DNA of 64,000 nucleotides, from NCBI GenBank assembly GCA_043799545.1, contig JAZDNO010000030.1:1-64000 (forward strand). Direction: 5' to 3'. Under the pieces are notes generated by a model. It was not told the DNA's origin. It was given only the letters and a program-made list of their open reading frames with translations, and searched no databases. Positions 55,890-64,000 of this stretch are shown here, piece after piece; the first letter of the stretch is position 1, and each line of letters begins with the position of its first letter. The stretch comes from Methanobacteriota archaeon. Lineage in GTDB: Archaea; Thermoplasmatota; Thermoplasmata; SG8-5; DAIRED01. The position numbers and the translations under genes are program-made.

Positions 55890-58311
55890 ATGCAGATTCC
55901 CAGCGGCAAGATATTGGCGACGTCTTTCGGAGGGCCCAAGGCGTTCGCGGAGGCCTTTGCCAGGATGAGCTCGGAATCTCTGGACGGGTTCGTGAGGACC
56001 TCGCTGGCGAGCAGGAAGGGTTACGCGATTGGAACGCTGGTCTTCAAGGGTGGCAGGGCCATCCTGGTCGCGCACAAGACAGCCGGGCATGAAACCCTAG
56101 GCGACGATGCCGTCCCGCTCGTGGCAGCAGATTCTCTCTCCGAGGATTGCGTCATGGAGATTCACACTTACGGCTTCAAATCATCCAGCATCAGCGTAGG
56201 GCACCTCGAGACCCGGTTTTCCGACGCCGCAGTCACCTACGACATCGACCCTGCGGAGGAGGTCAGGGGCGCGGAAAAGGCCACGAGCGAGGAGGCCGAG
56301 AAGTCCCGGAGCGCCGCCTCGATAGACCGTATGCGCGACGCGGGAATCGAATCCAGGGAGCGCGAGCTGGCCGAGAAGAAGCGACTGCTCGACGAAGAGC
56401 GCCAGCGTTCAGCCGAGCGCGAGGGCTCCATAGAGCGGTTGAGGCAGGAGCTCGACTCCGTAAAAGCGGGAAGCGTCTCTCTTTTCAAGCATTTCACAGA
56501 AGACCGAAAGGGGCTCACCCAGCAGGACGTCCTCGCTCTCGCGGACAAGCGCGTGGAGGAGATGCGCCTCGACTCGAAGCGCGAAGAGCTCGACAAGCGC
56601 GAGAAGGTGTTGAAATCCGAGGAGGCCACCCTGAGGGAGCTGGAAGGCCAGCTGTCTGCCAAGGACGGCTCGATGCGCGAGCGAGAGGCCTCCATCCGAA
56701 CCGAGGAGAGCGCACTGGCCAGGGAGCGCGCCGAACTCGCAGAGCTATGGAAGCGCATAGGCCAGGAGACGGAGAAGCACAAGTCTTCCGAGGAGGAGCT
56801 GGAGCGCAGGCTCGAGGAGTACCTCGTCAAGGAGCGGAAGCTGCTGAAGCTCGAGGACGGCCTGGAATCCCGCGAGGCCGAGATGAAGTCCGCGCAGGCG
56901 AGCCTGGAGAAGGGAGCCAAAGCCCTCGAGGCGAAACTGGATGACGTTTCAAAGCGCGATGCCAAATTGACTGAGCGCGAGAAGGCGCAGACTGACGGCG
57001 AGCGCCAGGCCAAGGCAAAGGCCAAGGAGCTGGCGAAACTCGAAACATCATTGAAGAAGGAGTCGGACGCGGTCGAAAGGGAGAAGCGCCGCGCAGCTTC
57101 CGAGCTGGCCGAGCTGAACGCCCTCAAATCCGAGCTCGAGAAGGGCCGCGAGCGGCTGGAGGCGGACGAGTCGTCTCTTGCGGAGGAGCGAGACTCAGTT
57201 GCGGAGAAAGGCAGGGAATTGAAGGAGCGCGAGGAGAGCATCGGGGAGCTCCAGGCGGCGATGGCGTCGGAGAAGGCCGCGCTGAAGTCCATGTCGAAGG
57301 ACATCGCCAAGCAGGCCAAGGCCATAGAATCCGAGAGGCGCTCGCTGGACGACTGGCGCGCCGAGATGGACAAGGCCGAGGCCGTGGCGGAGAAGCTCAA
57401 GCGCGAGATGGCGCACCGGGAGAAGGGACTGAAGAAGGCCGAGAAGTCCGCAGAGAAGGCGGAAGAGAGGCTGGCCGCGGAGATGGAAACCGTAGCGAAG
57501 CTCCAGGAGGAGCTCGGCGCGAAGGCCCAGAGCCTATCCGACCGCGAGGAGGACCTGAAGGACCGGGAGGAGCAGGCCGCCTTGCGCGAAAAGGAGCTCG
57601 ACGATTCGATTTCGAAAGCCAAAACGTCAATCGCCAAGGACAAGTCGAAGCTGGCGGAGCAGCTCAAGGAGCTGGCTTCTCGCGAGGACGCGCTGTCGGA
57701 CGGCGAGGACGCGCTCGAGAAGCGCGCGGGAGAACTGAACGCGAGGGAGAAGTCCCTCTCGTCCGAGGCCGCGGCCAACGAGGCGAAGGCGTCGGAGCTG
57801 GCGGCCCGGAGCGAAGAGCTCGACGAGCGCGCGGAGTCGCTGGACGCTCGTGAGAAGGAGTCTGAGGCGTCGGCGGCGCGGAGGGAGCAGCAGTTCGCGG
57901 AGCGCAAGGAGGACCTGGACAAGCGGTCCAAGGAGCTGGCTTCCGCGCAGCGCAAGGCCCAGTCCGAGCTGAAGAAGCTCCAGGAGAAGGAGTCGCAGCT
58001 GGCGGCGAAGGAAACCGGCGTGAAGAAGGAGTTCGCGGCCGTACTCAGGGAGCGCGAGGAAATTGACGGGGCGCGGGCCGAGCTCGACGAGCGAGAGACC
58101 CAGTTGAAGGACGCCCCAGGACAAGCTCAAGGCGCGCGAATGGCAGCTCGAGAAGATGGAGAAGGAAATCCGCGTCGAGGCCGAGGGGAAGCTCGCGGAG
58201 CGCGCGAGGGAGCTCGACGAGCGCGAGGAAGCCATCGAGAAGGCGGAGAGCGCGTACAAGAAGCGCCAGAGCGACCTGGCGAAGCTGCGGGAAGGGCTAA
58301 AGGGATTGTAA
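55890..58311 (+). CDS. DUF2226-like N-terminal domain plus very long coiled coil; +1 frameshift at the C run 58114-58117
   Basis: MQIPSGK...GFVRTSL...GTLVFKGGRAIL...CVMEIHTY, then ~650 aa of E/K/R/A heptads. Removing one C restores DAQDKLKAREWQLEK...REGLKGL* (TAA 58309-58311). Confidence 0.8.
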
Positions 58312-58407
58312 CAGTCTGGGCTTCGCAAGAGCCCGGGGTCAGGCGGCTCCCGGGATACGTATAAATATTGACTCAAACGTTGACGGGCAAGCGCGCGGGG
58401 ATTTGAA

Positions 58408-60075
58408 ATGCTAGATTACGATTTGATTGTCGTTGGCGGGGTCGCCGCTGGAACGAAGGCCGCCGCCAAAGCCCGCCGCGAGAGGCGCGACTGGAAAATA
58501 GCAGTCATAACACAGGAGTCGGACGTATCTTACGCGGGTTGCGGGCTGCCTTACTATCTGGGAGGAGTCATCCCGGAGCGCAGCTCGCTGATTGTCAAAA
58601 CCCCCGAGAAGCTCAAGACCACCAACGACCTGGACATCATGGTCCGGCACAGGGTCCTTTCCATAAACCGGGACACCCACACGCTCGCTGTAAAGTCCCT
58701 GGATGCCGGAGAGGAATTCCAGATGAAGTACGGCAAGCTTTTCCTGGCGACGGGGGCGCAGCCAATCCGGCCTCCGATTCCTGGCGCGGACGCTCCGTGC
58801 GTGAGCTCGCTTCGGACTATTGCGGACGCCGATGCGATTCTCGGGCGCATGGCTGGCGTACGGAAGGGCAAGGCCGTCGTCGTTGGCGGCGGATTCATCG
58901 GGGTCGAGGTGGCCGAGAACCTTTCATTCCGCGGCTGGGAGGTCGCAATCGTTGAGATGCTGCCGCAAATCCTTCCGCCTTTCGACGAGGAGGTCGCGCT
59001 ATATTTCCAGCGCCACCTGGAGAAGAAAGGAATCCAGGTTTTTACTGACGCGAAGGTCACGTCAATCGCCGGCAGAGGGGCAGGAGCGACGGTCAACACA
59101 TCGAAGGGAAACGTCGATGCGGACCTCGTCCTGATGTCCGTCGGCGTGAAGCCGGACACGGAGCTGGCCAAAGCTGCCGGGCTCGAGCTTGGGGCGCAAG
59201 GCGCGATACGGGTCGACCGCGCTGGCAGGACGAGCGACCCGGACATCTACGCTTCGGGCGATTGCGCGACGACGTTTGGCTTGGTATCAAAGTCAGAGCT
59301 GTGGGCGCCGATGGGCTCCACTGCGAACAAGCAGGCGAGGGCGGCGGCGCTGGCATTGACTGGCTCGGCGGGGGATTTCCCCGGAGTGCTGGGAACGATG
59401 GTTGTGCGGGCGTTCGAGGTATCGGCGGCCAAGACTGGCCTCTGCGAGCGGGAGGCAAGGGAGGCAGGTTTGGACGTCGTTGCAGCGACTGTTCCAGCGG
59501 ATGACCGGGCACACTACTATCCAGGAAGCCAGAAGATTGCCATCAAGCTCGTGGCGGAGCGCGAGACCGGGAAAATCCTGGGGGCGCAGGCGTACGGGCC
59601 AGGAGTTGTGGACAAGCCGATAGACGCGTTCGTCGCCGGTATAACGATGGGCGCGGCCGTCCGAGACCTGGCAAACGCCGACTTCGCTTACGCGCCGCCT
59701 TTCTCGACCGCGATAAACCCTGTGAACCTGGCGTGCAACGTCCTATTGAACAAAATGAAGGGCAAGATGGAAGGAATCGACTGCATCGCGGCGAAGGAGA
59801 TGATTTCCCGCGCAGGATGGGACGGCCTCGTGCTGGACAACAGGGATGTTCGGGAGTACGAGTCGGGAAGCCTTCCCGGCGCGGTCAACATTCCCAACGC
59901 CGAAATCAAGGCCAGATTGAGCGAAATCGAGCGATTCAGAGACAAGGACATTCTGGTGGTCTGCAACTACGGTCGGGGAGCGTACGACGGCTACCTCCGC
60001 CTGAAGCATCTCGGGTTCTCTAGGGTGTATGTGCTGGAAGGCGGAGCGAGGTTCTGGCCGTACGAACTGGCTTGA
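58408..60075 (+). CDS. CoA-disulfide reductase / NADH oxidase-like flavoprotein with rhodanese domain
   Basis: GGVAAG, SYAGCGLPY redox Cys, GGGFIGVE, YAPPFS, C-terminal rhodanese (LDNRD...CNYGRG). Confidence 0.92.
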   Translation: MLDYDLIVVGGVAAGTKAAAKARRERRDWKIAVITQESDVSYAGCGLPYYLGGVIPERSSLIVKTPEKLKTTNDLDIMVRHRVLSINRDTHTLAVKSLDAGEEFQMKYGKLFLATGAQPIRPPIPGADAPCVSSLRTIADADAILGRMAGVRKGKAVVVGGGFIGVEVAENLSFRGWEVAIVEMLPQILPPFDEEVALYFQRHLEKKGIQVFTDAKVTSIAGRGAGATVNTSKGNVDADLVLMSVGVKPDTELAKAAGLELGAQGAIRVDRAGRTSDPDIYASGDCATTFGLVSKSELWAPMGSTANKQARAAALALTGSAGDFPGVLGTMVVRAFEVSAAKTGLCEREAREAGLDVVAATVPADDRAHYYPGSQKIAIKLVAERETGKILGAQAYGPGVVDKPIDAFVAGITMGAAVRDLANADFAYAPPFSTAINPVNLACNVLLNKMKGKMEGIDCIAAKEMISRAGWDGLVLDNRDVREYESGSLPGAVNIPNAEIKARLSEIERFRDKDILVVCNYGRGAYDGYLRLKHLGFSRVYVLEGGARFWPYELA

Positions 60076-60135
60076 GAGAACGGGTTCCGCCCCATTCCCA
60101 AAAACCTTAATTCCCACCTCCACATCCCATCGCCG

Positions 60136-61023
60136 ATGAACGACGTCCATTACGACAAGCCATCCGCTCGTTTCATGCTCACGAGGGTCGGCGTCTCCGG
60201 AATAAAGAAACCGATTCGCGTCACGCGCCCGGGAAAGGAGACGCAGCTCACGGCCACAATCGACCTGTACGTCGACCTTCCAGCGACCCACAAGGGTTCG
60301 CACATGTCCAGGAACGCAGAGGTCCTGGAGGATGCGATAACGGACGCCTCATCAGGTCCGACTGGAGGGCTCGAGATATACGCGGCGGGGCTCGCCCGCG
60401 CGCTGCTCCAGAGGCACGAGTACGCCACATTCTCCGAGGTACACATCTCGGCGGACTATTTCCTGGACAAGGCAGCGCCGTCGGGCAGGAAGACTACCGA
60501 AGTCTACGGGCTGGAGGCGAGCGCTTTCGGCACCAGGGAGCCGGGCAGAACGAGGGTGAGGAAATCGATAGGTGTCAAGGTCGTAGGCATGACCTCGTGC
60601 CCGTGCGCCATGGAGGGCGTGCGCGAGCTCATGAGCGCGGACAAGCCCGAATGCGCCCTCGCGCTCCGCTCGATACCGGTCATAACGCACAACCAGCGCA
60701 ACGTCACCTCCCTGAAGATGGACGTGCCGGACGGTTCCGACGTCGAGGCTGACGTTCTAATAGAAATTGTGGAGAATGCGCTCAGCAGCCCCACGAGGGA
60801 GATACTGAAGCGCAGGGACGAGGCCGAGCTGGTGTACGCGGCCCACCAGAACCCCAAGTTCGTCGAGGACGTGGTCCGCGGCGTGCTGGAGCAAGTCGTC
60901 GCGAGATTCGCGGCCTTGCCCGGGGAGGTCGAGGTGGCGGTCAGGAGCGTGAGCGAGGAATCGATTCACAAGCACGACGCGATGGCAGAGCGCGTCACGA
61001 CTCTGGCAGAGCTGAGGAGCTGA
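60136..61023 (+). CDS. mptA: GTP cyclohydrolase MptA (FolE2 family)
   Basis: LTRVGV, KGSHMSR, GMTSCPCA, THNQR, NPKFVEDVVR, ESIHKHDA. Confidence 0.92.
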   Translation: MNDVHYDKPSARFMLTRVGVSGIKKPIRVTRPGKETQLTATIDLYVDLPATHKGSHMSRNAEVLEDAITDASSGPTGGLEIYAAGLARALLQRHEYATFSEVHISADYFLDKAAPSGRKTTEVYGLEASAFGTREPGRTRVRKSIGVKVVGMTSCPCAMEGVRELMSADKPECALALRSIPVITHNQRNVTSLKMDVPDGSDVEADVLIEIVENALSSPTREILKRRDEAELVYAAHQNPKFVEDVVRGVLEQVVARFAALPGEVEVAVRSVSEESIHKHDAMAERVTTLAELRS

Positions 61024-61027
61024 GAAT

Positions 61028-61174
61028 ATGGGAACTGTTGTCGGAGCCTGCCACATATGTGCCTCGCCCACCGTGATCGAGTGCAGGTTCTGCGGGAAGC
61101 CCGCCTGCGGCGCGCACTTCGACGCGGCCAGCGGTGCGTGCTCCGTCTGCGCGGGTTTCAGGGGAGCGAACTGA
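61028..61174 (+). CDS. 48-aa zinc-finger microprotein (not in the ORF track)
   Basis: MGTVVGACHICASPTVIECRFCGKPACGAHFDAASGACSVCAGFRGAN*: CxxC, CxxC, CxxH, CxxC. Fills the gap between mptA (stop 61023) and the dehydratase (ATG 61177). Confidence 0.85.
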   Translation: MGTVVGACHICASPTVIECRFCGKPACGAHFDAASGACSVCAGFRGAN

Positions 61175-61176
61175 GG

Positions 61177-62139
61177 ATGGGTGAGACGGGAGCGCCGACT
61201 AAGGATGACATAATCCGGTCGGCAGAGAGGATTGCGGCTTTCGCGAACCGCACCCCCGTCATGACCTCCCGCACGCTGGACGAGCGCCTGGGAGCCGAGG
61301 TTTTCTTCAAGTGCGAGAACTTCCAGAGGGTCGGCGCGTTCAAGTTCCGAGGCGCGTGCAACGCCGTTTTTTCTTTGAGCGAAGATGAGGCTAGAAAGGG
61401 AGTGGCCACGCATTCGTCCGGAAACCATGCGGCCGCTCTGGCGCTGGCCGCCAGATTGCGAGGGATAAATGCGCACGTGGCAATGCCTTCGAACTCGTCG
61501 AAGGTCAAGGTCGATGCGGTCAAAGACTATGGCGCCAAGATAACGTTCTGCGTTCCGACGCTGGAGGCGCGCGAGAGCACGCTCGCGGAGGTTGTTGCGA
61601 GGACGGGGGCGCACGTAGTCCATCCTTACGACGACGTCCGGATTATCGCCGGGCAGGCGACTGCCGCGAAAGAATTGCTGGAAGATGTTCAAGACTTGGA
61701 CATTCTAATTGCGCCGGTCGGCGGCGGCGGCCTCCTAAGCGGCACGGCGCTGAGCGCCAAGCATTGGTCCACAGGCACGCGCGTTTTCGGGGCGGAGCCT
61801 GCGGGCGCGGACGACGCCTTCCGCTCGTTCGAGGCAGGCAAGCTGATTCGCCAGACGGACCCGCGGACGATTGCGGACGGGCTGCGAACTTCTCTCAGCC
61901 CGCGGACGTTCAAGATAATCCGCGAGAATGTGGCGGGCATCGCCACCGTCGGCGAGGGCAAGATAATCGAGGCGATGCGGTATCATTCCGAGCGCATGAA
62001 AATTGTCGTCGAGCCGTCGGGGGCGGTGCCGCTGGGGGCGCTGCTCGAGGGGAAGCTGGACGTCGCGGGAAAGCGAGTCGGGGTAATCATATCGGGCGGA
62101 AACGTTGAGTCCAAATTCTTTTCAGAGTGCACAAGCTAA
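61177..62139 (+). CDS. PLP-dependent threonine/serine dehydratase (serine racemase-like)
   Basis: KCENFQRVGAFKFRG, SSGNHA, PVGGGGLLSG, VEPSGA, IISGGN. Confidence 0.92.
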   Translation: MGETGAPTKDDIIRSAERIAAFANRTPVMTSRTLDERLGAEVFFKCENFQRVGAFKFRGACNAVFSLSEDEARKGVATHSSGNHAAALALAARLRGINAHVAMPSNSSKVKVDAVKDYGAKITFCVPTLEARESTLAEVVARTGAHVVHPYDDVRIIAGQATAAKELLEDVQDLDILIAPVGGGGLLSGTALSAKHWSTGTRVFGAEPAGADDAFRSFEAGKLIRQTDPRTIADGLRTSLSPRTFKIIRENVAGIATVGEGKIIEAMRYHSERMKIVVEPSGAVPLGALLEGKLDVAGKRVGVIISGGNVESKFFSECTS

Positions 62140-62177
62140 GTAGTGCTGTCAATAAAAAAGCTGTTAGCGGATTTTGT

Positions 62178-62678
62178 TTATTTCATTTCCGCCATGAGCG
62201 CCTTTGCCTTCTCCGGGCTGAGGTTTATCGCCTTGAGCAGGTACTCTATCGACTTCTTGTGAATCATGGCCATCGTCTTGTCGTCGAGGAACTTCTCGTA
62301 AACCACAGGCGCCTTCATGTAATATCCGATTGCGAACTCCGAGAGGTACAGGGGGGCGCTCTCCTCGTCCAGCTCCGTCGCCTTGTTGTACGATGCCTCC
62401 GCGTCCTGGAACTTGCCGACGTCTAGGCAGAAGTTACCGTAGCTCGTCAGGTAGAAGACGTTCTTCGGGTCGAGCTCGATTGCCTTCTTGTACCATTCGA
62501 TGATGTGGTCGACGCTGACCTTCGGCTCGCCCAGGGCGGACTCGGCCTTCCCGAAGTAGCCCCGAGGGTCTCCTGGCGCGGCCTTGATGACCTTCTCGTA
62601 GGCCGACATGGCCTTCTTCGTCTCGCCCGCTCCGAGCAACATTTCCGCTTCCTGCAAGGTGTCGTCGATTCCCGCCAT
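62178..62678 (-). CDS. Tetratricopeptide repeat protein
   Basis: TPR pattern: AYEKVIKAAPGDPRGYFGKA, YKKAIELDPKN. Confidence 0.85.
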   Translation of the reverse strand: MAGIDDTLQEAEMLLGAGETKKAMSAYEKVIKAAPGDPRGYFGKAESALGEPKVSVDHIIEWYKKAIELDPKNVFYLTSYGNFCLDVGKFQDAEASYNKATELDEESAPLYLSEFAIGYYMKAPVVYEKFLDDKTMAMIHKKSIEYLLKAINLSPEKAKALMAEMK

Positions 62679-62773
62679 TTGAACCCCTCAACACAAGTAT
62701 CGTCGGAGGCTTCTTAAGGCTTTTGCTGGACGGAAGGAAAAAGGATAAATAAGCATATACTGACGGAGGGTCG

Positions 62774-64000
62774 CTATTGGCGCTTTTTGCGGAAAATGAA
62801 GGAGGCGATTGTCACTCCCACGGCAATAACACCGATGACGCCCAGGATAACTGGAATGTTAGTCTCAAACGAGCAACAAGGTGCCGAAACATCAGCGGAG
62901 CCGTTCAATAATAGAATCACCACAGAGCAATCACCTGAATCAGCAAAGCTTGGATGTCTTACTGATATTTCAATTCTGATATCCTCACTCTCGACGACTT
63001 TATTCGGAGCCGTCAAAGTCAGAATGGTTTTGCCATCGATGTCTGTCGTTGTGTTCCCATCTATAGCGATACCCTCATCGGATGTTTGCGCCTCGATGGT
63101 CGCACCAGCGATAGGCAAACCATCCTGGTCTCGCACGGTCACGGTCATGGGCGCGGTATCACCAGGGTCGAGGACATCGGGCTCGACAACGGCTCGCACC
63201 CTGAGGAATTTCGTGTCATCCGGTTTGACCGTGACGATGACAACTTTCGATGGAGCGGGGTTATAATTCATATCGCCAGTTATTTTTGTCGCTCCTAGCA
63301 AGCATATATCCACCTTCATGTCGCTAGTCGCGTTCGCTGCTACATGGGGCGCAGTCCATGATGTCACAACTTTGCCATTCGAAAGCGTTGTAGAGTTGTA
63401 TGTCCTCAATCCATTAGCGAATGTGCCATCGGTACAAGCGAGCTCGACGCGAGCACCCTCGATGATGGTTCCCCACTGGTCGGTTACTGAGACACTTATT
63501 TCTGAAATACCCTCAGACAGGACTGGAGATTCCACGGATAGGGATGCCCGCAAGCCTGGACAGGTATGCGGATATATCCCGATTAGCGACCTCCAAGAGA
63601 ATATCGAGCCAGATGGTCCGACGCTCCAGTTTAGAAACCTATCCGAGTTGTATGCCTCGATGCTGGTCTTAGAATAGAGGGCGCTTATTGGCTGGTCGTA
63701 TACGATGGATGCTTGGCAGTCCTTTATGGCTTTCTGGCGTTCTTGGATTTTCGGGGCGGAGCGCGCTTTTTCGATCAACGAGTCGCAGCTGCTGTTTTGA
63801 TATCCGGCATAATTTAATCGGGTTCCCGCCATCGAAGAATGGAACATATCGTGCAGATAGGTTGGTGGTTCCGTTTCGAAAACATTGCTCGTAATTGCCA
63901 TCTCGAAGCTCGACGATTGTATTCTGTCGACGACAGCAGAGAAGTCGATGGGATTGGACTCAGCATTGATACCAATTTGCTGCAATGATGTTGATATCAT
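62774..64000 (-). CDS. Partial (3' part): family 5 ABC substrate-binding protein fused to Ig-like domains and a C-terminal TM anchor
   Basis: NYAGYQNSSCDSLIEKAR...QERQKAIKDCQASI SBP5 C-terminus; VTDQWG and VRDQDG Ig-like repeats; TM followed by RKKRQ. Frame is open at the window edge. Confidence 0.8.
   Translation of the reverse strand: MISTSLQQIGINAESNPIDFSAVVDRIQSSSFEMAITSNVFETEPPTYLHDMFHSSMAGTRLNYAGYQNSSCDSLIEKARSAPKIQERQKAIKDCQASIVYDQPISALYSKTSIEAYNSDRFLNWSVGPSGSIFSWRSLIGIYPHTCPGLRASLSVESPVLSEGISEISVSVTDQWGTIIEGARVELACTDGTFANGLRTYNSTTLSNGKVVTSWTAPHVAANATSDMKVDICLLGATKITGDMNYNPAPSKVVIVTVKPDDTKFLRVRAVVEPDVLDPGDTAPMTVTVRDQDGLPIAGATIEAQTSDEGIAIDGNTTTDIDGKTILTLTAPNKVVESEDIRIEISVRHPSFADSGDCSVVILLLNGSADVSAPCCSFETNIPVILGVIGVIAVGVTIASFIFRKKRQ

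Noticed and set aside
56147-57955. Alternative-frame and antisense ORFs (265, 572 aa) in the coiled-coil gene
   Set aside because: Ser/Arg-rich mirror translations of GAG/AAG/GCG-rich codons.

Overview
GC-rich archaeal chromosomal segment, most consistent with an uncultured Thermoplasmata (Thermoplasmatota) lineage. This placement is inferred from the gene set and protein styles: archaeal aIF1A-Rio1-Dim2 operon, MptA, RAD55/KaiC-like ATPases, DUF2226-like coiled-coil protein and PEF-CTERM-like surface protein. Housekeeping blocks: smc-scpA-scpB, phoU/pstSCAB-phoU-arsC, hsr-hsp20-grpE-dnaK-dnaJ, carAB, aspS, acyl-CoA dehydrogenase/crotonase. Accessory or AT-richer patches: DUF4143 ATPase, orphan HisH/HisF-like amidotransferase pair, HicAB, thyX plus dUTPase-like cassette, B12 radical SAM, secreted repeat proteins. 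The most interesting signals are non-coding and absent from the ORF track. (1) A box C/D sRNA (55399-55527, minus) with two 12-nt guides, one matching 23S rRNA H69, and an unusual ~63-nt structured insert between D' and C'. (2) A ~176-nt highly structured GC-rich RNA candidate between a TATA box and smc, preceded by repeated TTGTC-W-GACAA palindromes. (3) A modular REP/MITE-like dispersed repeat family at three intergenic loci. (4) An HSR1-like palindromic operator in front of the heat-shock operon. Also found: an unlisted 48-aa Zn-finger ORF, a +1 frameshift near the end of the large coiled-coil gene, and a scar of a deleted KaiC paralog. No tRNA, rRNA, CRISPR array, integrase or transposase was recognised. 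GC-content statements are by eye, not computed.
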